From Eledone cirrhosa (Eukaryota), in assembly GCA_964016885.1 (NCBI GenBank), contig OZ024742.1, positions 294,624,001-294,688,000 on the forward strand: a stretch of DNA of 64,000 nt. Reading direction: 5' to 3'. The notes under the pieces were generated by a model that was not told where the DNA came from, ran no database searches, and was given only the letters and a program-made list of their open reading frames with translations. The position numbers and the translations under genes were made by a program. Shown here piece by piece: positions 12,364 to 25,657 of this stretch (position 1 is its first letter; every line of letters starts with the position of its first letter).

Positions 12364-15300
12364 AATCTAAGAGTATCAGTTCAACCAGCATAATGAAGTT
12401 ATTATAAAGAAGAATCAGAAAAATGACAATTCACAGAAACACAACACTTCATAGACTAACATAAGCAGTTCTTTTAAACCTTACTCTATCATTAATTACT
12501 AAAAGAAGTTTTAGTAATTAATATAAAGATTCTCTTCCTGAGAAAATGTGTAAGTGCCCCCTGCCCCCCTTCCCCCCCCCAAAAAAAACCAACTAAAACT
12601 CTCCCCAAAAGCAATACACCAAGGTGCAAGTGCCCCCCCCCCCCAAAAAGAAACAACTAAAAACCTCCCAAAAAGCAATACACCAAGATTTAATACATTT
12701 TAGTTTTAGCTGAATAGGTTAAAAAACAGGGCTATTTATATCTTACTATTCAGCTTCTCTCTGCATTCTTTAGAATATAGCTGTGCTTATTTCAGGTGCA
12801 GAATTGGTAGACAGACAGTCCTTTTTCCTTATTCAGAACAGCAGACTGGTAATGTCATTTTACTATCCTTGCTTCTTGCTACTACTATTCTGTTTAGTAT
12901 TTCTAGCAGTTATTCCTCAAGAATAAATGTTAGGCAAACAGACACCTTGAAGATATGTTAATAATACATTAAATAAATATTTCTGTTATGTATTGTGTCT
13001 GACACGAGTCAGAATATAACCATACTCTTTTTTTTTGTTATTTTGCAGATTCCAAGATTCAATAGAATAGTTCTTGGAGTGGTCATAATAGATTTGTTCT
13101 TACTTGAAATTTGAGAAACAAATTTAACCAAGTCATATTTGGTTCTTGCAGGAACTATTTAAAATATATTCTATAGCAAAACCTACCAGGAAAACATAAA
13201 GAGAAAGACTAGCTATGATGGTATTTCAAAAATCCGTTGGTTAAGCTACTAGTCATGAGAGAAGCACTGTTTCTATAGCTACTAGCTACTGTTAGCAAGA
13301 ATGTTCCAGAACTTTGGCCTCCCATTATTTTTGCTTAATAAATCAATTTTTGCTTCAAGGATGAATATTTTAAAACATTATTGAGTGATGAATGTTATGA
13401 AGAGATTTCATGAGATGGTTTGGTCATGTGTTGAAGAAGGGTGAAAGTGACTGTGTGAGAGGAATTATGCAATTGATGTGAAATGAAATAATGGGGAAGA
13501 CCCAGAAAGATATGACCAAAAGTGATGAATAAGGAACTGAAATTCAGAGGTTTGGTGAGGGTGGATGCAGAGGATAGAGAAAAATGGAGAAGCTTATAAT
13601 GAGACCCACAATGCCAATTCCTACTTTAGCAAGGAAAGTTGCCTTAAAATGCTTGTAGTATTGAATTATAAAATTTATCTGGATTGATGTTTTAATTTTC
13701 AGAGCAATAAATAATGCAGGTGATGAATATGTTTGGATAATTCTGTTTCTGAGTAATAACCATTGTGTCTGTTATTCAACATAGAATACATTTCTTAACA
13801 GTTTAGTGGTTGTTACTAAACATAGTTTTACATATCACTACCTTCATTGCTTGTCATCAAAATGGCGTCCATACATCCATCAAGAAATACATTCAGTGAA
13901 AATGAATGTTCTGAACATACTTAGTTCTGATTGGTTGATAATACAAATGGACCATTCAGAATGAAGTTTGTTTAAGTAACAAATTCAAGGCCATTAGATT
14001 CACACTGAAATTATATGGCTGTAATTATATGGATGTAAGCACAGAATTACATGGAATCTTAGGCAAGTTTCTTTACCATAGTTTCAGTTATTAGTGAAAT
14101 TGGGTAGACAGAAACAGGCAGCATAGATAAAGAGTGAATGTCATTTTGGTGGCGGCTCTGTAAATGTTATTGTTTTTTAATGATTTGAACATAACCACCC
14201 AATTGTTCGACAAAATATATAAAAATGCAGGTCTAAAATAAGGTAGAACTGGATTGATTCTGTCTATGAAACCTGTGTCCTTAAAATAGAAAGGTTATCA
14301 TAAATAAATCCATCACATTCCTTATCCAACTCCTATCAACACATGCTGTTTCACTCACATCCCCTAACCTGACTTTATAGTGCTTAAGAAAGATAAAAGT
14401 TTTAAGGGTTGTGTAGGTGGTTATAGAAGTAGGTGGAACACAACATGTTCCATCCTTAGACTTATTATAATTCAATTCAAGTAGTCAATTGGTTGAGTGT
14501 AAGATCTCTATACTCAGAATTGAAACTTGACTTTAGCACGATTTGAACAGGGTCAATAAAATAAAGTGTGAGTCTAGGGAAGTATATTGGCAGAACTGCT
14601 AGAGCATTGGACAGGTGTTGGTGTTTGTTCCAATTGTTAGCAGGGTTGGATTTAGACCTTAGGGGGCTAGGGGCACTTCATGTTGGGGGAGGGCTCATAC
14701 ACAAAAAACTAGAATACACAGTAAATCCCCAATTTTACATATCAAAGTTGGCTTGGCACAAGTAATTGGAATTGAAAAGTTATAAATACAAGTATAAAAT
14801 TAAAAAAAATCTATCCTAAAACTAAAAAGCCCAGCAGAGGGCATAAATAAATTGCTACAGGCACCTCTGGTGCCCGCCGCCCCCTCTCCCACTGTAGGCG
14901 GCCTGGGAAATTGTCCCTTTACCCCCATTAAATCTGGCTATGTCTGTCAGCATTCTGAGTTTTGGGGTAGTAAACTTAAGCCATCATCCAATTCAGCACT
15001 ATCAGAGAGTCCTTGGGTAACTTTATCAGAGGGTAACTTTCTCCTTTCCTGACTCACATCAGCTATGGGCATTGCTCTTCCTTTTCTGAACCAACAGTAA
15101 AAAAAAAAAATCTAGATGCTTTATAGGAATATTAAATTGAACCAGTACTTAAGTACTTTATTCTATTGATCTTCAGAAAGATAACTGGTGAAATTGTTGC
15201 CGGTAGGATTTGACATCTGAACATAAAAAGTGATGACTAAACAGAGCAGACATTTTCACCAGTTTCAAAATTTTATTGATTATTTTTTTTGTAAATAATT

Positions 15301-15878
15301 TTTTAAGTTTTCATAATTATATAAATAATGAAAAAAGGGGGAAAAGGATACATAAGGGCTGTATAGGAAAGTAAAGGAAAGGACTATAAATGCCATAAAT
15401 GAGAATAAATGGAAGGAAAGAGCAGACATTTTGTCTAACATTTTAATGAATCTGCCAATCCAAGCTGTTTCTGTTCAATACAGTAAGGAGTTTATTAAAG
15501 AGATAAGTATTTCATTTTTTTTCAAATATAAAATGTAATCTAGCCCTTAATAACTCTGGTTGTGGGGATATCACAGTAGTTGATAATGGCAGAGCTAGGA
15601 AAGGGCTTCTTCGATAGCTTGAGGTTTCCTTCTTTACTCTGTTGCCTAGCAACAGTGATAGGTAGATTTTTAGAACCTTATCTAGGGTGTTGTGTACGAC
15701 TATGACTGGTTTACAGAACTCTTGACTTCTAATTTGGCAGTTAGATTAGGATGGAAACCATGGGTTGGGCTACAAATTAAGGCCAACTAAGCAGTCACCT
15801 TGGGTACAGAACCCAGAGAGGCACATTTCTGAACCTTAAAGGATCACAATTTTATAGATATTTGTATAATTAATTTAA

Positions 15879-16301
15879 CCCTTTAGCATTTACATTACTC
15901 TATATATACTATTATATTTTCATGGTAAACACTTTATCTCACCTAATTATCTCACATAATATTGAAGCTACGAGATTTTAATATTATTTATTTTGAGACA
16001 GGGCGGTGGATTGGCAGTATCGGTGGAGGGTCGGACGCCATGCTTTCCAGCATAGTTACGTCCCTTTACGATCTGAGTTCAAATCCCGCCGAGGTTGACT
16101 TTGCCTTTCATCCTTACGGGGTCGATAAAATAAAGTACCAGTAATGCACTGGGTAATTGCTGGCCTTGTGCCTAAAGTAGAAACAATTATTTATTTTGAG
16201 ACAACACCTTAACACAAGTATGAGCAGTCAGTTACAGTGAGTTTGAACAGAAAGAGGTGAGAGAATTCTGGCTGGATATGGCCAGTTTAAATGCTAAAGG
16301 A
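15879..16301. mobile_element. piggyBac-type MITE P1 interrupted by a SINE
   Basis: TTAA|CCCTTTAGCATTTA ... TAAATGCTAAAGGA|TTAA. Confidence 0.85.
16001..16190 (+). mobile_element. Full-length SINE S1 with 18-bp TSD
   Basis: A-box TGGCAGTATCGG, B-box GAGTTCAAATCC; TSD ATTATTTATTTTGAGACA at 15983-16000 and 16186-16203. Confidence 0.93.
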
Positions 16302-16310
16302 TTAAACATA

Positions 16311-16501
16311 TAATAATTGTTTCTACTTTTGGCACAAGGCCAGCAATTACCCAGTGCATTACTGGTACTTTATTTCGTCGACCCCATGAGGATGAAAGGC
16401 AAAGTTAATCTTGGCGGGCTTTGAACTCAGAATGGCAAGGGACGTAACTCTATGCGTCAAAGCATGGCGTCCGACCCTCTACCGATACTGCCAATCCACC
16501 G
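16311..16501 (-). mobile_element. SINE S1
   Basis: Reverse complement of the 16001 copy with high identity. Confidence 0.9.
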
Positions 16502-17489
16502 AATAATGTCCTATGATTAATAAATAAATCACTAAACATCTTTACCATGTAGCAGTGTTATGGGAATATCTAAAGTGGGGAAGAGGGTGCTATGACCTGT
16601 CACACCAACTGACAGAGGTGAGTGTGGACTGTGTAATGGAAAATGCAGGCTTAGTGTGGTTAAAGCTAGAAATGTCAAAATCTAGGCGTCTCTGCTTACC
16701 AAACTGTAAGTTGAAATAATGTTATTTGGGAGAATGGGGTGCATAACTGGATGAAGGAGGTGCATAACTTGATGAAAGAGTGAAAGAGGTGCATGTTATA
16801 GAACTAGCAGCCTAGGGCACTAATACCCAGGTACTGTCTCTACTAGTAGCTTGTGAACTTTGAGCTAAGTCTAGTTTCAGTTTCTGCAGCAAAGTGTAGC
16901 CAGTCAAAGCAGCTACTCGCGGGTCTCGAATAATCGCCCTCACCCCCACTTATTAATCTTTCAGATTTTTTCCACCCCCTTCCTCTTATTCCCCCCCACC
17001 CCCACCCCACCAACAGAATGTGTCTTGTTTATTTTTTGTTTTCTAGAATTAAAAATTGGTTCAGATGTACTTGGTTAATATGTTAAGTGAAAAATTATGA
17101 AGTGATGTCTTCTCGGCATTACTACATTTTAGTGTTGTTTACCTGATTTTGCACATGGCTTTGTGGTTAAAGAATTGGATTCACAATTGTGAAGTTGCAA
17201 GTTTGTTTCCCAGAATGGGCAATATGTAATGTCTTTGAACAAGACATTTATTTCATATTGCTCTTTTTGCCAAGAGTTGTGACTTGAGTTATTATCAGCA
17301 ATGGAAAAACCAATGAAAACATTATTTTCTTGATCTAATTTGACAAACTCCACCCCACTTGGTAAACAAGTCTGGTGTCTTGTTGATCAATGTAAAAAAA
17401 TTACAAAAAAAAACTGATTTGGTTTTCCCATAACTTTGTTAATAATGCGTATTTTTAAATAGAATTCATAAGAGGTTCATTTTCCATGA

Positions 17490-18511
17490 TGTAAATTATG
17501 AGTGTTGGAAGGCAGGAAGCTGAATTAAGTGAAAGAATTACAGGAGCTGGTGCAGTAATGTGCCAGCTTCAGCATACAGTAATCAGAAGAAGGGAGGTAG
17601 GTGTAAAAACTAAACTCGTTTTCTTCAATTCAGCATTCATGTCAACCTTAACCTATGGTCATGAATCTTGGGTAACGACCGAGAAAATATGATCATGAAT
17701 ACAAGCAGCCAAAATGGGGTTCCTCCGAAGTGTCTTAGGAGTAGCATTACTCGATAGAGTTCATGGCTTGGAGATCACAGAGTCACTCCAGGTAGAGCTG
17801 TTACTTCTCTGAATTGACCGATCACAGCCAAGCAAGATGGTTTGATAATATCCATGAGCTTGGCTAGTTTTACTTGTGGCTCCAACTGGAGCAGTTGGAG
17901 ACGGTTGCTTCTGATAGAACCTGCTGGAAGGAGTGTTTAAGGACTCTGCCCCCATGGCTCTCTCAGGAATAATAATAATAAGAAGAAGAAGAAGGGGGAG
18001 GAGGAGGGGGGGGGAGAAGAAGGAGGAGAAGAAGAAGAAAAAAGAGAAGAAGAAATAGAAAGAAAACCAACTGGCAAGAGACCCAGGGGTAGACCCCCAA
18101 GCAAGATGGTTGGATAATATCCATAAGCTTGGCTGGTATTGCTTCTATATCCAGTCGGATCAGTCGGAGATGGTTGCTTCTGGCAGCACTTGCTGGAAGG
18201 AGTGTTTAAGGACTCTGTTCCAACAACCCATCTCAGGCATAACTGAGAAGAAGAAGAAGAAGGAGAAGAAGAAGAAGAAGGAGAAGAAGGAGAAGGAGAA
18301 GAAGGAGAAGGAGAAGAAGAAGAAGGAGAAGGAGAAGAAGAAGAAGGAGAAGGAGAAGAAGGAGAAGGAGAAGAAGAAGAAGGAGAAGAAGGAGAAGGAG
18401 AAGAAGAAGAAGAAGAAGGAGAAGGAGAAGAAGAAGAAGGAGAAGGAGAAGAAGAAGAAGGAGAAGGAGAAGAAGGAGAAGGAGAAGAAGAAGAAGAAGA
18501 AGAAGAAGAAG
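17490..18511 (+). mobile_element. Two tandem 3' fragments of an RTE-like LINE with (GAA)n tail
   Basis: TKLVFFNSAFMSTLTYGHESWVTT..; RPRGRPQARWLDNI..; each copy ends CTCTCAGG(A/C)ATAA followed by GAA/GGAGAA repeats. Confidence 0.8.
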
Positions 18512-18929
18512 ATTACAAGTGTGTTGATATATTTAAAAAAAACAACAACCAAAATTAATCTTTTTAAAAACTTTCATTTTGTGAGTAATTCTGATTGTTA
18601 ATGTTTTCATATATTCTTTTATTCTTTTACTTGTTTCAGTCAGTCAACTGTGGCCATGCTGTAGCTCCATTTTGATTTAGTCAATCATATTGATCCCAGT
18701 ATTTGTCTTTCAAATCTGGTACTAATTCTATTATACAGTATTTCTGTAGTTTATTCTGTTTAGTTATAGATGCAGTGACCCCTACCTGCAAAAGGAGGAT
18801 CTGGTTGATGTATAGAGAAAGAAATTGTGGGGAGAAATATAGAAAACAAACTAGATAAATAGAGGGATAGATAGAGAGATAGACGGATGGATAGAGAAAT
18901 AGATACAAAGATGAAGATATATATATAGG

Positions 18930-18959
<30 letters not shown>

Positions 18960-18961
<2 letters not shown>

Positions 18962-19085
18962 GGAAAAAACGGCTTGAACTCTGCCGTCGGGGTCATACTT
19001 TTTCCTATTACCCACTCTACTACCCTAAGTATTGAGTACTCTGGTGCGTTATGGTCCATCTAGTTCCTTACCACATTTCCTTAGT

Positions 19086-19086
<1 letters not shown>
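18960..19086. mobile_element. Fold-back mini-element family A, collapsed-hairpin copy, in (TA)n
   Basis: ATAGGAAAAA|ACGGCTTGAACTCTGCCGTCGGGGTCATACTTTTTCCTAT plus the full tail. Only 10 bp of the outer arm remain. Confidence 0.88.
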
Positions 19087-19117
<31 letters not shown>

Positions 19118-19165
19118 CATATATATATATACATACATACAAATATATATATATTCATACATACA

Positions 19166-19903
19166 TTGTGTGCAGAGGATATACGCAGACTAGAGAGGAA
19201 CGAAGCTTGCATGCTCCGCTGGATGTGTAACAGTAATATACGTGAACGGCAAAGCATAAACGAACTAAGGAAAAAATTAGAGATAAGAGGGATCAGATGT
19301 TGTTTACTCGAGAGAAGGCTGCGTTGGTATGGACACGTGATGCGCATGAAAGTCGATAGCTGTATTATAAAGTGCAGGGCAATAAAGATAGACGGTAGCC
19401 ACGGAATAGGCAGACCTAGAAAAACATGGGATGAGCTGATAAACTCCGACCTCACACACTTACACCTTTCCAAGACAATGTCACTGGACCGTGACCTTTG
19501 GCGGTACTCAGTAACAGAGAAGACCCGCCTTGCCAGTAGGCATCTCTAACAAAATACACCCCTCCCGCCGCCACCCCCACCCCATCCACACCACCCCGTT
19601 CTATGTAAAGTTATGTTGGTGCCGCGCCATCCAGGCCGAAACAAATGAGATCGTGTAGGTGTCACGACAAAAAAACACACAGTCCACGCTGTAATGTGGC
19701 CGTGTAGGCAACACGGTAAAAACCTCCCAGACCCACACTGTAAATGTGGTTGGTGTTAGGAAGGGCATCCAACTGTAGAAAACCTGCCAGACAGTCCTAT
19801 GCGAGCAAGACAATCACTCTTGCCTCAAGTGGGACTACCCCCGTCCAAACCCATGCAAGCGTGGAACACGGACGTTAAACGTTGATGATGATGATGATGA
19901 TGA
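19166..19903 (+). mobile_element. RTE LINE 3' end
   Basis: ORF 19166-19549 (RRLERNEACMLRWMC..RRLRWYGHVMR..GRPRKTW), 3' UTR, (GAT)n. Confidence 0.93.
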
Positions 19904-19907
19904 TATA

Positions 19908-20006
19908 CATCGTCATCATCATCATCGTTTAACATCTATCTTCCACGCTAGCATGGGTTTAGACGGGAATTGTCCCACTTGAAGCAAGATTGGTCGTATA
20001 GGACTG
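19908..20006 (-). mobile_element. Short RTE 3' tail, inverted and abutting the previous copy
   Basis: (CAT)n-CGTTTAACATC..CCACGCTAGCATGGGTTT..CCCACTTGAAGCAAG. Confidence 0.8.
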
Positions 20007-20044
<38 letters not shown>

Positions 20045-20204
20045 GATAGATAGATATTTATTAAAATAATAGATTAAAATTTAAACAAAGAATTGCTGCT
20101 TTGACCCTCTTCTGAAACTCTACGATTTTTATATATATTTATATATATATTATCCTTATCGAGCCCTCTTCAGATTTTAGTCTTCACATTTATTATTATT
20201 ACTA

Positions 20205-21845
20205 TCATCATCATCATCATCATCATCATTTTACGTCCGCTTTTCCCTGCTTGCAAGGGTGGGACGGGTCTTATTCAGCACAGCATCTCTCCACTCGTCA
20301 CGGTCCTTTGTCATCTCCACCGTGAACTTCAATGATCTGAGGTCTGTTCTCACCACCTCCGCCCATGTTTTTTGTAGTCTACCTCTACCACGTCTTCCTT
20401 CAACTGGCATTTCCTGGCACTTCTTCACCCATCGGTCATCCTCCATGCGCATCACATGTCCATACCACCTCAGTCTCCTCTCCTGTACACTACATTCTAC
20501 CCCTCTCAGACACAGTTTCTCTCTCAACACATTTATGCTGGGTCGTTCACGCACATTTACACTGCACATCCAACGGAGCATGCTTGCCTCATTTCTCTCC
20601 AGCCGTCGCATATCCTCTGCAGTTGCTGCCCATGTCTCACTACCATGCAGCATCGCGCTCCTCACACAGGCATCATACAACCGGCCTTTCATAAGCAGGG
20701 AGAAACCCTTCTTCGTCAGCAGAGGAAGCAGCTCCCTAAACTATGGCCTCGGAACACCCTCCTCCCATGCTAATCTGATCTCCTAGGTACCGGAAGCTAT
20801 CCACCACTTCTATAGCGCCCTCCTGCATTTGAAAAATGTGTCTATCAATGCAACTTCTACTGTCTAATTTCCCTGTACATCTACTGCATACATATTTCTC
20901 CCTACTTGTTAGTTTGCCTGCTATCCCGCTACATCTCTTGTGTACCCAGGATCTGCATTGTGTGCATTTTATAGAATTTATGCCAGTTCCTTTTCTGCAT
21001 ATCGAACATGGCCATTTCCCTGACAGAATCAGAGTTTTGTCCTCTTTTCTACTCATCAACACTTTTGTCTTAGCTAGGTTCACTCTCAGTCCTCTTGCTT
21101 CCAACTGCTGTTTCCATAGCCAGAATTTATTCTCTAGCCCCTCTACTGATTCTGCTATAAGAACCAGATCGTCAGCATAGAGAAGTTCCCATGGACAGCC
21201 AGTCTTAAACTCCTCTGTTATGGCTTGGAGGACTATAATGAACAAGAGCGGGCTGAGGACCAAACCTTGATGTACTCCTACTTGTATCTGGAATTCCTCA
21301 CTAAACTCCATTCCTACCCTGACTTTACTGAGAGTACCTCTGTACAAAGTTTGCACTGTCCTCACAAGCCATTCCTCAACACCTAGCTTCCTTAGGGACC
21401 ACCAGATGACAGATCGGAGTACCCTATCAAAGGCCTTCTCTAAGTCAACAAAGGCTAAGTATAGTGGCTTATTCTTCTCTAAGAACCTCTCTTGCAATTG
21501 TCTCACCAAGAAGAGGGCATCTGTTGTACTTTTCCCAGGCACAAAACCAAACTGCATCTCATCTAGTTTGACCCTTTCTCTAATTAGTTGTGCTAATATC
21601 CTTTCTGCCATTTTCATAACCTGATCCATCAGTTTTATACCCCTATAATTGCTCCTCTCCAGAGCATCCCCTTTACCTTTGTAGCAATTTATGAGAATAC
21701 TGCTGCACCAGTCTTTGGGTATGACACCACCATATATAGCCTGATTGATGATGTGTGCAACCAGTTTAGTGCCTACGTCCCCTGATGCCTTCAGCATCTC
21801 AGCAACTATTCCCGATGGTCCAGCAGCCTTACCATTTTTCATTTC
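20205..21845 (-). pseudogene. RTE LINE ORF2 fragment: RT, PHD-like finger and C-terminus; frameshifted or deleted near 20735
   Basis: GKAAGPSG, YKGKGD..NYRGIKL, QFGF, FVDLEKAFDRV, GVHQG..LSPLLF, LLYADDL; (CAT)n tail at 20205-20229. Confidence 0.95.
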
Positions 21846-22163
21846 CTATTATATATATATATGTATATATATACATACATATATATATTGTCGCATCACC
21901 AGTCTGAGGAGCAGATTGATACTGGAGTCAGGTCCATAACTCCTATGGGTCACCTTGAAATGCACGTAATACACAATAAATATTTTTCATATGTAAACAA
22001 AACTTCCTCGATTTTTCTATTATATACACTCTGCCTGTGTATAGAGGGCTTGATTTGGTACCAACACCAGTATTTCACTGTACTACCTACACTATATGTA
22101 TTTATATATATATCATCATCATCGTTTAACGTCCATCTTCCACGCTAGCATCGGTTAGACGGG

Positions 22164-22203
<40 letters not shown>

Positions 22204-22371
22204 GGGGGGGAGAAAAAGAGAAGGAGAGGTGATATCGAAATTAAGACAGATAGATAGGAGAGGGATAGAGGAATATATGGATAACAAGAATAATAGAGAA
22301 AAGTGGGAGAAAGAGGGAGGAGGAGAGTGAGGGAGAGATAGATAGATAGATAGTTATATATATATATATAC

Positions 22372-22805
22372 AGAAGACCCGCCTTGCCTATGTACAAAGC
22401 GAAGCCTACAGTCAGTAAGCACCTCTTAACCAAATACACACCCCAATCCACTACCCCTACCCTATCCTCCCACCAACACCACCCCCTCTCTATAAAGTTA
22501 GTACCACAACATCCAGTCCAAATAAATGAGATAATGAGATCGAGATCGTGTAGGTGTCACAAGAAAAAAAACACACACAGTCCACACTGTAATGTGGCCG
22601 TGTAGGTAACACGGTAAAAAGTTCCCAGTTCCATACTGTAAATGTGGTTGGTGTTAGGAAGGGCATCCAGCTGTAGAATACCTGCCAGATAGTCCTATAT
22701 GAGCGAGACACGGTCACCCAACCAACCTTGCCTCAAGTGGTACAACTCCCATCTAACCCATGCTAGCGTGGAAGATGGACGTTAAACGAAGATGATGATG
22801 ATGAT
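22372..22805 (+). mobile_element. RTE LINE 3' UTR fragment
   Basis: Same 3' UTR blocks and (GAT)n tail as the other copies. Confidence 0.85.
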
Positions 22806-23437
22806 ATATATATATAGAGAGAGAGGGAGGGAGGAAGTGAGGGAGATATAGATGAGTGAAAGAAGGTGAAGAAATAAGGTAGAGCTTGAGGTTGCATAGG
22901 TACACATGCACATATACTTCCACCCAGACAGACTTAGATACACACACACACAGACAGACTCTCATACACACAGATATGTATAAACACACAGATACACACA
23001 TGTACATGCATACATATACATGCATACATACATACATATGTCATATATACGTACATACACATAAATACATACATACATATACACGCATATACAAATGTTT
23101 GTCATACCCCAACTAAAAAGTAAGAACAACAAAACACACACACATCCCCCACACACGTATTCTAAGGTTGCTAGCTAGGGCTGTATAAGACAGAGAAACA
23201 GTGATAAAAGGTACAGATGTGAAAATGGTAGCTAAATATAGCTACATATAGAGGCAGTTATATCAGTTAGGATAGCTTCCATTACTCTTCTACCCCCCTT
23301 TCTTATCATGTCTCAACATTCTTGATAATTCAGAGAAGATAACAACCTTTATAGAAACCCACCGAAGACATCAGAAAAGAATCTACAACATCATGTCATC
23401 GTCTCCTTTCGAGACACTGCTAAATACCGACCAACAT

Positions 23438-23684
23438 TTAGCTGTTTTGCTACCAAACTGCCTGAAACCACCTTTGGTTCTATGATACAAAGCTGTCTCT
23501 TTTTAAAGTGTTTTAAAAATCTCCCATCCTAATTTGTGCAAGAACCTTTGTTATGTTCCAAACAACAGCATAATAATGAGACAGTTAGTTATATTACTAA
23601 ATCCCTTAAAAGCCTTAATTATTTTCAAAATTATTTGAAAATCATCGGTAGTAACTTTCTATTAAAAATATGGGAATGAAAGGG
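23438..23684. mobile_element. piggyBac-type MITE, family P2 (related copies at about 32728-33000 and 39835-40080)
   Basis: Ends AAAGGG|TTAA; shared internal CCTGAAAC..CTATGATA..GTTAGTTATATTACTAAATCCC. Confidence 0.6.
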
Positions 23685-23777
23685 TTAAAAAAATCATTCC
23701 TAGATTCAAACGATATTGTTGGAGTAAATAGTTTTGGTGAGAGATGTGATTTGATGGAGCAGCATCAAGAGCATACA

Positions 23778-24256
23778 AGATGTATTAACTCTGATGTAGC
23801 AACAACAGCAGATGAGATGTATTGACTCTGGTGTAGCAACAACAGCAGATGAGATGTATTGACTTTCATGTAGCAACAACAGATGAGATGTATTGACTCT
23901 GGTGTAGCAATAACAGATGAGATGTATTGACTTTCATGTAGCAACAACAGATGAGATGTATGGACTTTCATGTAGCAACAACAGATGAGATGTATTGACT
24001 TTCATGTAACAACAACAGATGAGATGTATTGACTTTCATGTAGCAACAACAGATGAGATGTATGGACTTTCATGTAGCAACAACAGATGAGATGTATTGA
24101 CTTTCATGTAACAACAACAGATGAGATGTATTGACTTTCATGTAACAACAACAGATGAGATGTATTGACTTTCATGTAGCAACAACAGATGAGATGTATG
24201 GACTTTCATGTAGCAACAACATATGAGATATATGGACTTTCATGTAGCAACAACAG
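23778..24256. repeat. Minisatellite, 34-bp unit, about 14 copies
   Basis: AGATGAGATGTATTGACTTTCATGTAGCAACAAC head-to-tail, no spacers. Confidence 0.95.
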
Positions 24257-24747
24257 CAGCAGCAGCAGTCGTAAATAAAACACACTACCAATGATTTTCA
24301 ATTGATTTTGAAAATAATAAATATTTCTCAGGGATTTAATAAAATAAATAACTTTTTCATTATTAAGCTGGTATCTTAACAAAATTTCTGTACATAATAT
24401 TATGATGGAAGGTTTAAATTTAAATATAAACACTTTAAAATAAATACCATTGTAGAACCAGGGCAAATTTCAGGTAATCAAAGGCATTAAAAGCACATTT
24501 ATTTTAATGTTTTAATAAATTATGTTTGTATGTTATCACAGGTAAGATTATTTACAAATATAATCACAGATAAGATTATTTCCAAATACTATTTTACATG
24601 AGTGTGACTCGTTTCTCTCTTTACAAAATAGAAGTTGCTGTGGCAGATTGATTTGTCCACAGCAACAACAATAACAGTTGAGGGATACTTCAGTTAAAAT
24701 AGGGGGTGGGATAATGTTACTTGGCTTCAGTGACTGCAGTAGTGATA

Positions 24748-24926
24748 ATATAATTGTTTCTACTTTTGGCACAAGGCCAGCAATTACCCAGTACATTACT
24801 GGTACTTTTATTTTATCAACCCCGTAAGGATGAAAGGCAAAGTTAACCTCGGCGGGATTTGAACTCAGAACTCAGGGACGTAACTATGCTGGAAAGCATG
24901 TCCAACCCTCTACCGATACTGCCAAT
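24748..24926 (-). mobile_element. SINE S1
   Basis: Matches the S1 consensus. Confidence 0.88.
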
Positions 24927-25657
24927 ATAATAAAATATAACCGGTGTCACATTTATGTAGTACAATACACACAGAGTGAGAATTAGTATTGATATATAGA
25001 AATAAAATAAGATAGAATAAAATAAAATTAAGGTTGAAGATAGATTAATGACCATTAAATAAATAAGGAATAGATCACAATTGGAAAAGTAGGAGTAAAT
25101 GGTACAGAAGTAGAAACAAAAGACAAAAAAACATCAGATGTGTACAGACAGGGAGGAGAAGAGTATTCCTAGTAATATTAGCTAAAGAAAATGAATTTTC
25201 CCATTCATTTTCTTTAGAATTTCTTCTCTAATTCTGCCATAGATTCAGCTATAAGTGTTAGATCATCTACATAGCGGAGTTCCCATGGGCAGCCAGTCTT
25301 AAACTCTTCTGTTATAGCATGCAGGATGATAATAAACAGGAAAGGGCTAAAAACAGAGCTCTGGTGTGGCCTGACTCTTTCAACATGCAAGTTTATACGT
25401 GCAATATATATATTTATATACAGTATATATATATACAGTATATATATGTATATAAATAGGGAGCCACAAAGCAGGCTTTGTTTTACAAACGGCTAGCAAA
25501 TTTGAAAATTAGGTAGTAACATGTGCTTATGCCGTATTTGACTTCATATAATTAGTCTGTTGGTTGGGATTTTATAAAACCCTCTGAATGAAAAAAAGGA
25601 TGAATATCGATGTACATGGGACATGAACCCACATCTTATATATATATACATATATAT

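Noticed and set aside
12491-12522. 14-bp AT-rich hairpin
   Set aside because: Short and nearly all A/T, with no associated element features.
16001-16095. tRNA gene
   Set aside because: A and B boxes are present, but they belong to a multi-copy SINE head with a TSD and no proper cloverleaf.
20095-20185. CTGAAGAGGG (minus) and GAAACTCTA (plus) fragments near TA runs
   Set aside because: The two halves are on opposite strands and cannot be assembled into one ribozyme with confidence.
23778-24256. 34-bp repeat array as a possible CRISPR
   Set aside because: Units are contiguous with no unique spacers, there are no cas genes, and the context is eukaryotic.
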